NCBI GenBank assembly: GCA_036405455.1
Contig: DASWXO010000008.1
Span: 2,731 to 66,730 of the forward strand
DNA length: 64,000 nucleotides
Origin: Thermomonas sp.
GTDB lineage: Bacteria > Pseudomonadota > Gammaproteobacteria > Xanthomonadales > Xanthomonadaceae
Reading direction: 5' to 3'
Shown here one piece after another: positions 61,884-64,000 of the stretch. Position 1 is the stretch's first letter. Every line of letters begins with the position of its first letter. The position numbers and the translations under genes were made by a program. Below the pieces are notes generated by a model, which was not told the origin of the DNA, did no database searches, and saw only the letters and a list, made by a program, of their open reading frames with translations.

Positions 61884-64000
61884 TCAGCGCGGCTCCTGGC
61901 GCAGCATCGAGCCGAAGCTGAGGTACCAGGCATCGGCACCGTGGCTGTTGCGGCCGAAGCCCAGGAACACCGGGCCCAGCGGGGTGTCCAGACCGCCGAA
62001 CAGGCTGCCGGCCACCACCGGCGTGCCGGTCCCGAACGCCTCCCGCGACTGCCACACGTTGCCGGTTTCCAGGCTGGCGCCGACGTACAGCGGCAGCGAG
62101 AACAGCCGGCTGGTGTCGCCGCTGCGCCGGTAGAACACGGCGCGCGCCAGCGCCGCCTGGGTGCCGACCAGCGAGCGCTCGGAGAAGCCGGACAGGTTGA
62201 GGAACCCGCCCAGGAAGGTCTGCGCCCGGAACGCCGCCGCATCGTCGATGGCACTGGCCAGCCGCGCCCCCAGCAACACGTGGTAGCGCCGCCAGGACAG
62301 TGCGCGGTCGTAGGCGAAGCGGACCACCTCGCCGTCGGCATCGGCACTGGCCCACGGCTGCAGCGACAGCCACTCCAGATCGGCACGGGCGCCGCGGGTG
62401 GGGAAGCTGATGCTGTCCAGCGTGTCGCGGGTCGCGACCAGGCGCAGGCCGGCGAAACTCTCCGACGCGTTCGGCAACAGCGCAGGGTCCCCGATCCCGA
62501 GCCGCGCGGCGTCCTTGCCGCCCACCAGTGCAATGCCCACCCGCCAGGCGGGTGATGGCGAATAGCCCGCCTCCAGGCTGGCCTCGCGCCGCAGCAGGCG
62601 GTATTCGGCCAATTGCGCCTCACCGTCCCGCCACAGCGGCAGCGATTCGCTGCGCAGCGCGACGGCCGGCTGCACGTAAAAGGCACCGCCGTCGCCGAAC
62701 GGCTGGCGGAACTCGCTGCGCAGGCCGGTGGTCCGGCCCAGCTGCAGCAGGTTGCGCCACTGCCCACCGCTGCGGTTGACGTCGTTGAACACCAGCTCGG
62801 CGGAGAGCAGGTAGTTGCTGCGGCCATTGAAATCGTCGTCCAGCTGCAGGCCCACCTTGCCGAAGGCGGTCCACGGCTTCTGCCGCGGCAGCAGTTCGAG
62901 GCCGGTCTGGCCGTCGCGCCGGACCAGCCGGTAGTCGATGGCCTCGAAGCGGCCGTCCCCGTAGGCGCGACCGATGCTGCGCTCCACGGCGTCGACGTCG
63001 AACGGGCGGCCGACCAGCGCCTCGGTGGCCCACGCCGCGCGGCGGGTGGCCGAGGGCGACAGCCCGGGTTCGACCTCGAGGAAGGCCAGCAGGCCCGGAT
63101 CGAACGCCCGGTGCCGCTGGCGCGCGCGCACTGCGGCATAGGCCTCCGGCGGCAGCGCCAGTGCGCGCAGCTGCGGCAGCAGGGCTTCGGCCGCACGCTC
63201 GCCCGCCGCCACCGCCTCGGCAGCGCGGTTGAACTGGGCGGCGGTGAGGTCGCCCAGGTCGGGCTTCAGCAGCACGTCGCCCGGCCCCAGCGTGGCCAGC
63301 TCGCGCGCGGTCTTCTCCGCCATCAGCGCGGTGACCACCTGGTCGAGGATGGCGGCCGGATTGCGCAGTTCCGCCTCGCCCAGCAGCGGCGAGCCCACGT
63401 CCACCACCACCAGCCGCCGCGCGCCCATCGCGCGCACTTCGGACACGGGCACGTTCTCGGCCAGGCCGCCGTCGACCAGCAGGCGGTCGCCCACCTTGAC
63501 CGGCGCGAACGCGCCCGGCACCGACATGCTGGCGCGCATCGCCACCGCCAGGTCGCCGTCGGCGAACACCTGCTTGCGGCCGCTGACGATGTCGGTGGCC
63601 ACCGCGCGGAAGGGAATGGGCAGGGCGTCGAAGCGGTCGGTGCGCCAGGTGGACAGGGTCAGCCGACGGAGCAGCAGCATCAGCTTCTGCCCACGCACCA
63701 GCCCGGCGGGGACGCCCAAGCGGCCGTCGCGATAGCCGATCTCAAGGTCCAACAGGTGGCGGAAGTCCTCCTCCTTGCGCTCCATCGGCAACGCCTCCCG
63801 CGGCGGGCCGTCGGCCAGCACGTCGGCCCAATCGAGGGTGCCGACCAGGCGCTCCAGCTCGGCGGCGTCGTACCCCGCCGCGTAGAGCCCGCCGACGATC
63901 GCGCCCATGCTGGTGCCGGCCAGCGCGCACACCGGGATGTGTTCGCGCTCCAGCACTTTCAGCACGCCGACGTGGGCAATGCCGCGGGCGCCGCCACCGC
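61884..64000 (-). CDS. Patatin-like phospholipase with POTRA-like and beta-barrel C-terminus (PlpD-like); 5' end beyond the window
   Basis: GGARGIAHVGVLKV at the window edge, GTSMG, DGG; C-terminal beta strands. Confidence 0.85.
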   Translation of the reverse strand, partial: GGGARGIAHVGVLKVLEREHIPVCALAGTSMGAIVGGLYAAGYDAAELERLVGTLDWADVLADGPPREALPMERKEEDFRHLLDLEIGYRDGRLGVPAGLVRGQKLMLLLRRLTLSTWRTDRFDALPIPFRAVATDIVSGRKQVFADGDLAVAMRASMSVPGAFAPVKVGDRLLVDGGLAENVPVSEVRAMGARRLVVVDVGSPLLGEAELRNPAAILDQVVTALMAEKTARELATLGPGDVLLKPDLGDLTAAQFNRAAEAVAAGERAAEALLPQLRALALPPEAYAAVRARQRHRAFDPGLLAFLEVEPGLSPSATRRAAWATEALVGRPFDVDAVERSIGRAYGDGRFEAIDYRLVRRDGQTGLELLPRQKPWTAFGKVGLQLDDDFNGRSNYLLSAELVFNDVNRSGGQWRNLLQLGRTTGLRSEFRQPFGDGGAFYVQPAVALRSESLPLWRDGEAQLAEYRLLRREASLEAGYSPSPAWRVGIALVGGKDAARLGIGDPALLPNASESFAGLRLVATRDTLDSISFPTRGARADLEWLSLQPWASADADGEVVRFAYDRALSWRRYHVLLGARLASAIDDAAAFRAQTFLGGFLNLSGFSERSLVGTQAALARAVFYRRSGDTSRLFSLPLYVGASLETGNVWQSREAFGTGTPVVAGSLFGGLDTPLGPVFLGFGRNSHGADAWYLSFGSMLRQEPR

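Overview
High-GC Xanthomonadaceae/Lysobacteraceae-like chromosome (taxon inferred from gene order). Core genes at 1-22485 are the minus-strand Xps type II secretion operon (xpsE to xpsN, with xpsN cut by the window edge), purL, dsbC, xerD, an RDD protein, a CPBP protease, lptGF, pepA, holC and valS. A ~38 kb genomic island follows (about 22596-60447), bounded by an elongator tRNA-Met (60428-60504, minus) and a displaced, internally deleted 3' fragment of that tRNA (22596-22625). An extra 5'-half copy of the tRNA lies just upstream of the intact gene. The left part of the island encodes a ~1750-aa protein with two tandem tyrosine-recombinase-like domains and a coupled pair of unknown genes (nuclease-like/Gly-zipper plus TerB-like). 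It also encodes three tandem Xre/MbcA/ParS-type antitoxins with no RES toxin, and an HD protein/integrase/excisionase-like/Xre module. The right part is a complete type 2 BREX (Pgl) system, pglW-pglX-pglY-pglZ-brxD-brxHI. It is split between pglX and pglY by an MqsR-MqsA-SecB-like toxin-antitoxin-chaperone triad and an AbiE-like type IV TA pair, whose palindrome-covered promoter and stop/start overlaps appear to drive the rear half of BREX. After the tRNA the core genome resumes with rppH, a phasin and a patatin/beta-barrel protein. All family assignments come from motif recognition by eye; no database searches were run.
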